The notes beneath the pieces are model-generated. The model did no database searches and was not told where the DNA came from. It worked only from the letters and a program-made list of their open reading frames with translations. DNA of 64,000 nt from Marsupella aquatica (taxonomy: Eukaryota > Plantae > Marchantiophyta): the NCBI GenBank assembly GCA_973895155.1, contig OZ316895.1, positions 21,526,558 to 21,590,557 on the forward strand, read 5' to 3'. The position numbers and the translations under genes were made by a program. Within the stretch, counting starts at the first letter, position 1; each line of letters starts with the position of its first letter. Below, in pieces: positions 41,500-54,100 of the stretch.

Positions 41500-42200
41500 T
41501 ATCTATGCCATGCCAGAAAACTTGCCCCACAGAAGGGGTCCTGGACCTGCACAAATTGGGCCCCCCTCTTACCCTAAACAGCAGATTAATGTCTGGTCCA
41601 TTACCTGGCTCACAGCATTTTGGTCATCCGAAACTTCCCAGAAAAAGCTGGTTTCACAATTACCATCTTCCATAAAAAACAGGCAATGAAAATGTTTTGA
41701 CCAGGGAAGGCTCTCTGCCTACCCATGCCAGAGACCTTGCCCCAGAAAAAGGAGGTCCTGGATGAAACAATATATTGACACTGAAATAAACAAATCATCC
41801 TCATGGTGAATAATGAACCTGTTATATCACCACTCTCAATGACTTACAAAAGTGACTGTCTTAGAAGGGGAACTATACTACTATATCACCACTAAAACCT
41901 CTGGACAAAGGACAGGCCCCAAAAATTAAATTACAGCCCATGCCAGAAAAACTTGCCACAGCAGAAAGGTGTCCCTCTCTTGACCTAATGGATGGTTGAT
42001 GCCCGGGCAGATGACCACATTTTATGGGAACCTTAGATTTGTAGTCCGCGACCTGGCTAGCAGCATTTTGGTCACAGAAACCTCCGAGAGAGGAGCTACT
42101 TCCACCAAAAGGAAAGTGATGAAAATGTTTTTGTCCAGGGAAAGCTCTCTAGTCTACATACCCATGCAAGAAAACCTGCCCCACAAAAAAAGAGTCTAAA
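41500..42200. repeat. Degenerate ~217-bp array (about 435-bp dimer)
   Basis: ccatgccagaaaacttgcc-like motif at ~41507, 41723, 41938 and 42162. cagcattttggtca recurs at ~41612 and 42061. Confidence 0.7.
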
Positions 42201-42334
42201 GGGAAAGCCCATATGGACCTCCATGTTGGACACTACTCCTTTGGACAAAATTTGGGTGGTCTACTAGACTTTTGGGCATGTATATGGATGATTTTGAGTC
42301 TTAAAAAATAATTTTTAGTTTGTCGCCGGCAAGG

Positions 42335-42617
42335 CAACTAGAAAGGAGGAGACATAAACAATGCAAACCCTAATACTTCATATTAACACAATGTAAAATA
42401 ATCTAATAAAGTAACTCAACCAAAATGGTCAAAAGTTTACTATCACTTTGCTGGAAGTGTAACTTACTTACTCCTCAACTAGAAAGGAGGAGACATAAAC
42501 AATGCAAACCCTAATACTTCATATTAACACAATGTAAAATAATCTAATAAAGTAACTCAACCAAAATGGTCAAAAGTTTACTATCACTTTGCTGGAAGTG
42601 TAACTTACTTACTCCTC
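42335..42617. repeat. Exact 141-bp tandem duplication
   Basis: caactagaaaggaggagac...cttacttactcct starts at 42335 and 42476. Each copy contains a telo-box-like aaaccctaa. Confidence 0.92.
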
Positions 42618-43138
42618 TGGCACATCCTCAAAACTTAAAAATATTGGAATTTATGAACATAAAATTATTACAATTAAACTCAAACATTGGGAAATGTGGT
42701 ACATGGGGTTTCAAAAGACCACCATTTTCCTAGACTCAACAAAAAACATTGACATTGCACGGTGCTTATCATCACTCTCAATGCTAAATAGTTAAAATAT
42801 CAACATTCCACGGTGAATGAAACTACTGTAGCTGTGTCTTTAGCCGGGGCCCACCATCCTCTATCACCGCTAAAACCCTCGTACAGCCCCCCCAGAAAAT
42901 AAAAACTGCAGCCCAGCCCCTGCCAGAAAAAAACTCCCCCCATCAAAAAGGTGCGCCCCTCTCGCCCTAATAGACTTGGGGTGTTGGAACGCTGGCCTGC
43001 TGGGGTTGGGGGGCGGCCGACGGGGCTGCGCTCTTCGTCGCTGGAGGAGGGCGAAGGGGCGAAGGGGCGAAGCGAGGAGTTTAGGGGAATTGGAGTTGAG
43101 GGCCGCACGACGACGGCAACGTGGAGAGGAAGTCGGCT

Positions 43139-43647
43139 GGAGGAGGAGGAGGAGGAGGAGGAGCAGCTGCGAGGGTGAGGAAGGAAAAATGCAGCACAGG
43201 GAGGAGCAGTGTCGAAATGGACGAGCCGGTGGGAAGAAAGCTTTCATCGAGGAAGAACTCGTGCAGCAGCAGCAGCAGCAGCAGCAACCTCAGTACTAGT
43301 ACGAAGAAGACGACGACGAGGAGGACGACGAGGAAGGGAAGGAGGAAGGGCGGGGCGGAGGAGGACGAGGAGTTCGACTACTTCGACTACTTCGACCACC
43401 ACTTCGGCCACTTCGAGAACTTCGGGAGCTTGGAGAACTTGGAGTTCGAGTTTGTGGTTTGTTAAAGCGGCAGGGAGATGATGGTGATGATGAGCGCGGT
43501 GATGAGGATGACGAGGAGGAGGCAGCAAGAATCATGAAAAGGAGGGGGCCCGTTGCTGCTGCTGCTGCGGCTCAGGCTGAGGCGGCTGCGAAATCGGAAC
43601 ATCAACGACGAGCAGGAACGAAGAGTTGGGAGTGCAACGATGTGTAA
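43139..43647 (+). promoter_or_regulatory. Pumilio 5' leader with several uORFs and (GAG)n/(CAG)n tracts
   Basis: ATG-initiated ORFs at 43189 (MQHREE..PQY*), 43217 (MDEPVG..FVVC*), ~43478 (MMVMMS..ES*) and 43534 (MKRRGP..NDV*) lie upstream of the main ATG at 43771. The TSS is unknown. Confidence 0.5.
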
Positions 43648-43770
43648 ATTTGCGTTTTCTGTGTGTTTCTGGTTCGAGGACGAGGAGGAGGAGGTTTTTG
43701 GGTGGAGGAGGAGGCGGTAGGTGTAGGTGGACAGAGAAGGAGGTCGAGAGAGGAAGGCGCAGGACGAATA

Positions 43771-46700
43771 ATGGCGACGGAGAGTCCCGTGAGAATGCTA
43801 TCGAGTGGGGGAATGAGGGGGGGAATTGGCGGCCCGCTGAGCGACGGCCTCGTTAGGTCAAGCGCGGGCGCGGGGGGTGGACAGGGAATGACGTCGCCGA
43901 CGAGGGGGGCGGATGGAGTCACTCAAGAACTAACCCGCTTGTTCAAAGGTCGATCGAGGTTCGAGAATGTGTTCACCGAGAGGGGTGCAGTGCCGCAGCG
44001 CAGTGGGAGCGCGCCTCCCAGCGTGGAAGGCTCGCTGCGAGCCATGAGCGGCCTCTTTGTTCAAAATAATATCAACCCTACGAGTTTGAATCAGACTGAT
44101 AACGGCGCTAACCAGGGGGCTGGAGGACCGGGAGGGAAGGCTTCGCAAGGAGGGGAGAACCTTGAATTTAAATCCGAGCAGGAGCTCCGGTCTGATCCAT
44201 CCTATCTAGAGTATTATTACAAGCATATTAACCTGAACCCCAGGCTTCCGCCCCCTCTCATATCGAGGGAGAACTGGCGCCTGGCTCAGTCACTCCAGTC
44301 CGGGGTGCTCCCGCTAGGAGGAATCGGAGACAAACGTAAACCCATGAGATCTGTTGACGATAGTAACAGCAGGTCGTTGTTCTCCACGCAGCCTGTTTTG
44401 CCGACGCACAGGGAAGAACTGGAGCCATTGGAGGAGGAGAATTCTCCTCACGAGCACCTCGCTCGGCAGAGCTCTGTGGATTGGCTCGAGAGAGGAGGGG
44501 GTGATGGTTATCCCGCCGGCATGGGTGGAATGGGGGCCCGACCCAAGAGTCTGGTGGATCTAATACAGGTGGGTCTTTCTTTTTCTCCCTCCCATTCCCT
44601 CTGGATGTTTCTCACCCGATAATGCGCTGGCCCTGCTTGCTAGCTTTGACGCCGTCACACTGTCAGGTCGGGTTGGGCTTCTGTCTGTCGACTGACATTG
44701 GAGCTGATGTCAGTTTGATCATGTCGCATTTATGAATATTCAGGCCTTATGCTGACAAAATGTTAGGTTATTCGAAGTACATCTTGAAGTCCATTTGGAG
44801 GCATGGTGAGGTTTGTGGCCTGGTTTGATAGTAGTGATTTCATTCTTTGAAGAGGTCGGGTGCTTGCGTGTGTATAAAGGTAAGGAAGCTTGTACACAAC
44901 GCATTGCAGAAGAATTGAAGAATGGAAACGTTTATTTCTATCTTTAATAACTTTCGTGTTGTGCCAATGGGAGAGGTGGAGAGTAGAATTGTGCCATCTT
45001 GAATGTTGCCACTCTAGGATAACTATCATTCATTTGATCAATAGCTGAGAAAAAATGGGCCAGTTTCCTTTAAACCCAATTTCCATCAACCGAAGAAGAC
45101 GACTAGTTGTTGGTGTTTGAGTGTGATGTGGTTGTTTCCATTGGTTGAACTCCCTGTGTTATTGACTGTCGACATCCTGGACGTGTAATTGTCCACTGTT
45201 CACTTCACTGAAATGGCCTCGCCCTGTGGAAGACACCAGTTTTTTTAGAACTACGGTAAAGTTTCCATAGCTTGCCATCTTGTTTCCGGGTGAGCCCTGG
45301 TTCATGTTTGAGAAAATCCCGTAGATTCTCTATTCATCGCCTTTAAGGTTCAAGTTAGGTCTTCATATGGTTTGAACGAAGCTACCCTATGACCTGTCCT
45401 GGGTGAATGTTCTCTTGGTCATTGTTGTTATCGGGGGTCATTAGTTTCCGATGTACGAGTTCAGGGTATGCGATGGATCCTGTGACTCAACGGCATTGGT
45501 ATTGATCTGGTATGGTGTCTTGTTAGTCCTGTTTGTTGTCTCTACTTGCAAGACGGGAATTTGCAGAACAATCACAAGCGGAAAATCGTCGAAGCCCTAT
45601 TTGTCAATTTGGAAGTAGAGAATACTCTTCTTAACTTTGGTAGAAAATCTTGTTTTGCAGTTTATAGAGGTTTAAGATATCGGAATTTCTGCCATCCTCC
45701 GCTCAGGTCAAAACTTTTTGGATCTTGATAAGTCCTGCGAATTCCTTTTGACTGCGTCGGTGTGTTAGGCTTCTAGTTGGTTAATGGGAATCGGTTTTGT
45801 TGGGTGACGCAGGAGGACTTTCCTAGGACGCCATCGCCTGTATACAACCACTCTCGCTCCTCAAGCCGCGCAGCCAACGAGGCTGATGGAGGAGATGGAG
45901 TTCCTGTGCAGCAGATGGAAGGGCAGCTGAGTCACATGCGGGAGCCCTCCATCACAGCTTCAGAATTACAGCAGGCAGCTGCGATGGGCTCTCGGTCAAC
46001 CACCCCAATACCTGGAGCGAAGCAACTCCTTGGACCAGCCGCAATGGCTTCGTCTTCTGGACCAGCCGCGCCTCTCCCAATAGATTCCGCGATTGGAAGC
46101 AGGTCTGCGAGCCCTGCGCTCCCCCAAATGCAGAGAAGCCTCGACCTGGGTTCTAGACAGGCCTCCCTTAACGCAGTAGCTGCAGCTAATGCCGCGGAAC
46201 TGGCTGCGGCCTTGCAAGGGTTTAGCCTTTCTGACGTACAGGGAGCGGCGGAAGAGAGAGAGCAATTCAACGCGCACCAGTTGCAGCAGCAAGAATTGAA
46301 GGAGCAGCAACAGCAGCAGCAAGCTCGGCTCCACCAGCAGCAACAACAATATCAGCAGCAGCAGCAGAGTCGACAACGCCAAATAAGCGACGCTCAGAAC
46401 CAAGCCCGGGCTCAGGCCTACAGCCAAGCATTGCAGCAGCAGCAGCAGCAACAGCTGCAACAACAATTGCATCAACAGCAGTACTCTGGGGTCGACCCTT
46501 CAGCATTTAGGGGTCAAGCAGCAAAGTTTGGTGTTCCTTCACAGCAGGGAGCTGCAGTGAGCTTGCAACCTTCATTGCAAGCGGGAGCAGCTGCGCCCAT
46601 GTACGCTGCTGCCGTGCAGGCCATGTCATACATGACTGGTAGTCCTTATTTCCAGGGAATGCCCTATGCGCCTCAATATGGATTAGGCGGATACCCTATG

Positions 46701-49700
46701 AATCCAGCTCTTTTGGCCCCTATGATGGCCGGGTATCCGGCTCCTGGGACTCTACCGGTTGGATTCGATCAGGCTGCGGCCGCCGCCGCTGTTGCAGCTA
46801 TGGGCGTCCGAGGAAGCATTCCGGGGTCACCCGCACAAGCTGCAGTTGATGTCCAGAATTTATACAAGTTTTCTGGTCTCCCACCTCCAATCCCAGATCC
46901 CAATATGTTTAATATGCACCAGTACTTGCGTGCAGCCGAGGAAGTGAGGGCAGCCGCGGCCCTCAGTGATCCTAGTCGTTATATGAATCAAAGTCAGATG
47001 GAAATATTAGAGCTCCAAAAGGGCCAGCTGAATGCCATGCTAGCTTATTCTCAGGACCAGAAATCTCCGTATGCAAGAAGTGGGGCTATTGGTCTTCCAA
47101 TAACTAGCAAAAGTGGATCAGTGAGTCCAGCGTACTATGGCAGCCCCCCTAATGTTGGCCTGGTCATGCCCTACCCAAACTCACCAATGGCGAGCCCTGT
47201 GCTACCGGGCTCCCCAGTTGGCCCTGCCATTCGTCGAGATGATCGGAGTCTGCGTCTCCCTCTTGGAGTTAGTAGAACCAGCTCGTCTGGAGCTGCAAAT
47301 TACGCAAGTTGGCAAAACCAGGCCAGGAGTGAAGCAGGGGATGAAATCCGTGGATCTACTCTGCTTGAGGAGTTCAAGAACAGCAAGACCCGACGTTTTG
47401 AGCTCTCCGATATTGCCGGACATGTTGTCGAGTTCAGGTACTTGTCGTCTCCATGGTATATTTGCTGGCTCTCACTGGTTTTTCCTAGTGGTACCATCTC
47501 ATGTGCATGGGCTTGAACATAGGACCAATGTCAACCCCAAACCACAAGACCAACACTTGAAAGGTGCATTGTCGGCCGCTATTGTATACGCACCATATGT
47601 AGTATTTAGCTGAAATCTGCTCATATGTTTTTACAGTGCCGATCAGCATGGGAGTCGATTCATCCAGCAGAAATTAGAAACTGCTAGTCCAGAAGAAAAA
47701 TCGATGGTCTTTCAGGAGGTGTTGCCACGAGCCTTAACCCTTATGACAGATGTCTTTGGCAACTACGTCATCCAAAAGGTAATATAATTCTTTTCTTGCC
47801 TGCGCTGTCCGCGCCGATTTCTATTGACACACCTCAGCTCCATCCCGACACACTTGGCCTATCAGGAGATTAATGCAGTAATTGATGGGTTGCTAATCAC
47901 TGGAAGTTAGAATTTTGTCACACACTTTGCTTATGAGTGAGCTTTAGGGTGTATGGATTTGTCTTACTGAAAATAGTTCCTCATGTAACATTCCAGTTGG
48001 TCGGCTTAATCTAAACCTAAATGCGTTGGGCTGAAATTTAATGTGCGGTATCTGTCGTATCTTGTTGAATCAATTCGCACAGGATCGCATCTGTGTTTCA
48101 CATCGTTTCATTTCCTCATCGCATCTGGTTGTCACATCTTTTTATCTCTTGATACCTTGTGTCCTGCATTTTGGCTCCGATTTGTAAGTGGAGAGAATCA
48201 AATCTATGCACTTAGAAGGTTGTTGGTGCGACTCCCGCTTGTGAATCTACTTTATGTGAGCTCGTTTGCCCTTACGATTGTATTTCTTCGACTTGAACAG
48301 TTCTTCGAGCACGGAACCCAGCAACAGAGGAGGGATCTTGCAAGCCAATTGGTGGGGCATGTCCTGGCCTTAAGTCTGCAGATGTATGGATGCAGAGTGA
48401 TACAAAAGGTGCCTGTTTCCTGTCTATACTGTGGAAAATTGGAGAAAGTAGTAGCAATGATCGCCATGTCGAGATTGTCTCTCGGGATTTCATCTGCCAA
48501 TGCTCTTCTGTTAGTTTTCCGTACAAAATTAAAAATCGCAGTGCCTTGTGTTCTACTACATCTCATAGAACAAGTTGGGATGCAGTCTTAAGGCGGCGGT
48601 TGTGCTTCCTTGTCTGATTCTCTTTTGACGGATGTATAAATTTAACTATCTTTCGTGGTCCTGAATTGCATGTGCCTACCTGATTTGCTGCTTTTTCGTC
48701 GTTGGGGTTTTGTAGGCACTAGAGGTGGTGGATGTAGACCAGCAGACGCAGCTCGTTTCTGAGCTTGATGGTCATGTAATGCGATGTGTCCGAGACCAAA
48801 ATGGCAATCACGTGATTCAGAAGTGTATCGAGTGTGTTCCGCCAGATAGGATTCACTTCATAATATCTGCCTTCTATGGGCAAGTTTTGGTGCTGTCTAC
48901 GCATCCTTACGGGTGCCGTGTAATTCAGGTGCAGTGTGAAGGCTTTCTCCCTGAAAGCACCGTATTTTACTGATTAACTTGTTGGTGGACCGAACACTTC
49001 TTTTACAGAATGCTCCGAATGATGGAGTCATCTGGGGATCTTGCGCTCTATGGGTCATGGTACCCCATGATTGCATGAAATTTAAACTCCTATCTGTTGT
49101 TGGATGCAGAGGGTGTTAGAGCATTGTACTGATGATCAGAAGCAACGAGGCATAATGGAGGAAATATTGAGGTCAACATGTAGTCTTGCCCAAGATCAGT
49201 ACGGGAACTATGTGGTTCAGGTACAGACATTCTCGACTCGGAATTGATTTAATTGAATTGAGAAACAATGGATGGCAAGATGAGAACGCTCTAGACAGGC
49301 AAACGGTTTCCCGGATCGGACAGTCCTGTGCTCATATCTCTCCCAGCAGTGTTGACCTGAATATATGAAAGTCTTTTCTGGTAACTAATTAATTTATCAT
49401 GGATGCTGCAGCATGTACTAGAACACGGGAGGGCACACGAAAGAAGTGACATAATAACAAAACTCGCAGGCCAGATTGTACAAATGAGTCAGCACAAGTT
49501 TGCTTCAAATGTTATCGAGAAGTGCCTGGAGTTTGGAGGTCCAGCTGAGCGCCAAATTTTGATCAGCGAGATGCTTGGTCATACAGATGAGAACGAGCCC
49601 CTGCAGGTACTCTAAATACTACATGGGAACAGTTTCCTACCCTTAGTCCTAGTTTGGGAGTGTTGGTTTCTTTGAACGGCCCACTTTCACGCAAGGGTCA

Positions 49701-50372
49701 TGCAATGGCTTCGACATTCACGTTCATTCCCTGAATCCGGACCTGTCGAGCGCACTAGTATAGTATCTTGAGGTCAAGCATGTTGAGGAGATCATAATAT
49801 TACAAGTAGTGAACTGGTACGGCAAAGACTGCTCTGGACAGTGTCTTCGACACGGCAAAGGGTTGGGTCACGAGTTGGGGCCGCATTAAATCTGCTTGTT
49901 TTACTTGTTTGATTTTAACCATGAGGGTGCCAGCATTGCTAATCACACGTTTTGGCGATTTGCAGGCCATGATGAAAGATCAATTTGCGAACTATGTCGT
50001 ACAAAAAGTCCTAGAGACTTGTGATGATCAGCAGCGAGAAATGTTACTGTCTCGGATTCGTGTCCATTTACATGCCCTTAAAAAGTACACTTATGGCAAG
50101 CATATTGTTGCACGTGTTGAGAAACTAGTGGCTGCTGGAGGTAAGCATTTCCAGACCAGAGGTGGCATATTTTTACTTTTAGTTCGTCTTGGAATATTTC
50201 TGCTAATAACCATTCAAAGAAATGACGGCACCAGTAATCTGACCGGAAGAGTGTCAATATGTTCAAGCTCCTACCTTAATGCTGGAAATGAATGTTGATG
50301 ACAGAGAGACGGAGTGCAACTGCAGCATACAACAACAATTTGGCTCACATGGCAGCAGCTGCATCTTCTTGA
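43771..50372 (+). CDS. PUM: Pumilio/PUF RNA-binding protein (APUM1-6 class), 9 exons
   Basis: MATESPVRM start, [41 protein letters not shown] and eight PUF repeats ([13 protein letters not shown] ... [27 protein letters not shown]). Exons 43771-44568, 45813-47437, 47637-47778, 48301-48408, 48716-48928, 49110-49220, 49412-49606, 49966-50140, 50305-50372. Confidence 0.96.
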
Positions 50373-51127
50373 CCTGGACGTTGGCATGTTTTGGTGGACT
50401 CGGGAGCTTTGACTTCATTCGTTCTGCAGTCAAGGGGGATTGTTCCATATACCAACTGTGAAGCTGCCTTGTGTCCAAATACATTGAGCTTGAAGCCCAA
50501 GACTCTGGAGGTATCACCAAGCATGGGTTTGTGAAGGGCAGGCCTCGTCAAGTGAGTAGTGGTATCAGAAGCCTGGTCTCATTTTCATCAGTATATATAG
50601 TGTATTAGTGTATCATTCTACCCAACTTGAATATGAGATGGAGGGAGCCTGTAATGGTTGGGTGGGTGGAGGGTGGGGAGAGGGTGACTCAGCTTGTACC
50701 GGAATGTATCTTGGATAGTTGTTTGTGGTTCTTGTAAGTAATGGCTCCTTCTGAGGGTAGCAAGTGTTGTGAAGGTTTCAAATGTCTTCAGCTTCTGGCC
50801 TTGGATTTTACTGTCTTTCAAAGATGGTGAAAATTTATCCACGTTAAAAGTAGGGTGAAAAGGTGGGGTAAGAAGCTTGTGTGTGTCCAGTAGAAATTGG
50901 TGACTGCAGGAGTAGCTTTAACTGGCAGTGTATAAAGCGAGTGTGCCGATTGCCAACTGTACAGACTCACAGATATAGGTGTCATGGTGGCAAGAGCGTT
51001 GGGTGATCAATTAGAGGATCAGCTGGGCTGCTTTAAGCTTTATGAAGGGAATTTGCCCCGTAGCTGTGCTGTATGTTGCAGCTCAAGGGGTTTGGGTATA
51101 ATGTGTGCAATGAGAGCCTGCATAGGC

Positions 51128-51135
51128 TGTAAATA
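51128..51135 (+). promoter_or_regulatory. Pumilio response element (UGUAAAUA) downstream of the PUM stop
   Basis: Exact UGUAHAUA match about 760 nt after the stop codon. The 3' UTR extent is unknown. Confidence 0.35.
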
Positions 51136-54100
51136 GGACCCCTCCTATTGGAAGGGCTACTACTTCGCATTGGGAGTGTTCATCCACGGTGGGGTTTCAC
51201 ACCGTATGTGGTTCTTATTGCCACAAAATTTCCATTGCTTAGTCCAATGTAGTGCATGTCCCTCTGAAATATAATTTATTAGCAAGTTTCTGTAGCAGCC
51301 CAATCTTCAAATACAGCAAACTGGTTATACACTATGACTCTTTATCCTGCTCTTCTCACTTGGGAAGTGGCATTTGTAAATTTCAGTAAATGTTTGAGTG
51401 ATCACTCATCTTTAAAGCTATCAAGTTCAGACTCATTATTGTGATTTTTCATGTCGCTGCTTCATAACTGGGATGATAGTCTTTGTGAGATATGATCTGA
51501 GCTCTGCCTTTTTATCACTGGTGATAGCAGTAGGTCAGACTTGCTGAGATCTGCCGTGAAGTCGCTTCCTTCGAGATAATCCATTACCTACCAATTCCAC
51601 TAATGTCCTCTGTGATCAATTGAGACAAAAAAAACTATTGCCTTGGTTAGACTAGGAATAGATGACCTCTGTGGATTGTCAAGCATATTATATATTACCA
51701 TCGTCAGGGTTTCTGCAATATAATAATGCATTATCCACATGCAGAATTGCAAGTTTCTGAAAGCCAGTGGATCGAGGTGCTCTGAAGTAGATTGGGCTTA
51801 GTGTGTGCCAGTTCCTGCTTTGGTTGTCTTAATTCTTGGTTGGAGGTCTTCTGGATTGTCTAGCAGTAGTGACTCCAGACGATCTGTTTGTTTTCATTGG
51901 TCCGGATAGAAAGTGCTTTGGAACCATTGTCTGAAGTCTGAACGTAATACAGGCCGAGGGTAAGTTCTTAGAGCATCCCCCCAAGTCTATGATTGTGCTC
52001 CACCATTGCTAAACCGGGGAGTTGACCAAGTCCAATCTGCTCGCCCACAAAAAATTGGAGGTACCATTTGCCCAAATCCTCCAATCTGATGGGCACATCT
52101 TGAACCACGTGGTGAGAATCCAGATTAGTTGCCATAATACTATTTTCAAATCTCAAAAAGTACTGCAGAGAGACATTACATGGTAAGGCCGCGTTCTAAT
52201 TCAGGGCAGGTGCAAATTCGAACCAAATAATCTGAGTCAGTACATAGTTGGGACCTATAGTCAGCCTATTTTGGAGCCTATGGTTACAGTATCTGTGGTT
52301 TCAATTTCCTTCAAACTCAGGCAGATGGTAGCAGGTGGGTCAGTCTACAAGGATGTCGGGTCATTGTCCACACACTGCACCACCATGTCTTTGTAGGCAA
52401 ACAAAGTGGATATCATGGAATTTCCTCTTTTTATGTTGAATGCACAGTTAAGTCGCATAGAAAGTGGGATATCATGCAAGTTTATGGTTGTGTTGAATGC
52501 ACATTTCACTAACATGTAAAAATCAATACAGGAGTCGAGGTTTCTCTAGAACAGGAACAAGCGGGGTGTCAAGCAACATCAAGACTCGTCTGGTGTGAGA
52601 AGACGGTACATCAAGTGAACCCTAGACAGGCACAAAGAAACACTGTCCTCACCACAATTTCATCCTGAACTAACCAAAAAAAATTAGAACCACAAACGTA
52701 AGACATAAAATCGCACATCCAAAGTTGACATCAGATGCACTCAGGTACTCATCCTAAGTACAGTTTCCAAGGCTAACCCAGAAAACAATATCTGCACCTG
52801 CAGAATCCTTCCATCTTCATATATTGGATCCATACTTGCAAGACATACTCATGTGCAACTACCAAAAACTCATGAGGATGCGTTATATGGATTCAATTTA
52901 AAACTCTACTCCCTTCAGGTATCTAAGTACATATCTCCTGAAAAATTGTTAGCATTTCTCCCATCTACCATACAAATCTTCCTGCTAACAACTTTACCAA
53001 TAATGGGATAGAACCATTATTTGATAAAATCTATTTTGTTCAGTCATCGTACTTCCCGGTCATCCATAGTCTGACTTGAAGGGTTCAAGACTTAGTAAAT
53101 TTTGTATCTTCATGCAGGAAGAAGGTAGGCTAATGAACATGGGCTTTGAGGCCTTTTGAATTGGCTGAGCTCAACAAGAAAATCCAGTCGGAATTTGCAT
53201 GGGGTGTGGGTCATGTTGATGTGATGCATCAAACATTGCATCACATCATGTTGGCTTTGAGTTGGCTCATGTGTATGGTCACAACTATGGCACGCTCTGC
53301 ACCATTTTCAAGTTTGAGTTGAAGTCCAAAGACACCAGGTTGGGACGTGGCTTGGAGGAGAATGACTGATGTTGCTAATGATGATCTTTGAGTTGGTTTT
53401 ACATATGAGTCAAGACAAAAAGATATCATGTGACTATGATCATTAGTGACCTCAAATGCCAAGTCTTACACTTGGTCTAATGTTGAAGCCTATTGCATTG
53501 TAGATGAAAGAGAGGAATGGTGGAGAGCTGACAATTACATCCCAGGAAAACTTAGTGCTTTGCAAGGTTGGATGGTTGGTTTGTTCGACGGATGCAATGG
53601 GGAAATTTCATTTGGCTGGTAAATTTTGTCATATCTTCCAAGATTGTAGCAAGGTTGCCAGCAAGCTCGTTCAGGAATGCTACCAACCTTGCTAACAATG
53701 TTCTTCAAGTTGCTTTTACATCTGAGTGAAGACAAAAAGATATCATGTGACTGTGGTCGTTGATGACATTGCTAACTATATTTTTGAACAAATGAAGTCT
53801 CCCAACATTTATCGATCACTATATATAATGAATCCGGGAATGATTCCTACAGACACACATTCAAACATTGCTAACCATACATTTGAACAAATGAAGTCAC
53901 ATCAAATTTTTTTGATTAATGTCATGATTCATACAGACGTCCCTAGAGAACATGAGGATGCCCAGCTGCACTGGAGCCAAGTCAGTACATGTAGCAATGA
54001 GGAAATGTCAAATTAAAACAAAGATTGGACTTGTGGAGGTTGCGTATCAGATTGCTGGATATTGTGAATGAGCTCATGGAATTAATTGAGGCAATGGACA

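Noticed and set aside
45932-46506. Leu/Ala-rich minus-strand ORFs
   Set aside because: Antisense to the poly-Gln region of Pumilio.
50561-50581. Partial miR166-like site (gaagcctggtc) in the PUM 3' region
   Set aside because: Only an 11-nt core matches, with mismatches opposite miRNA positions 2-3 and across the miRNA 3' part.
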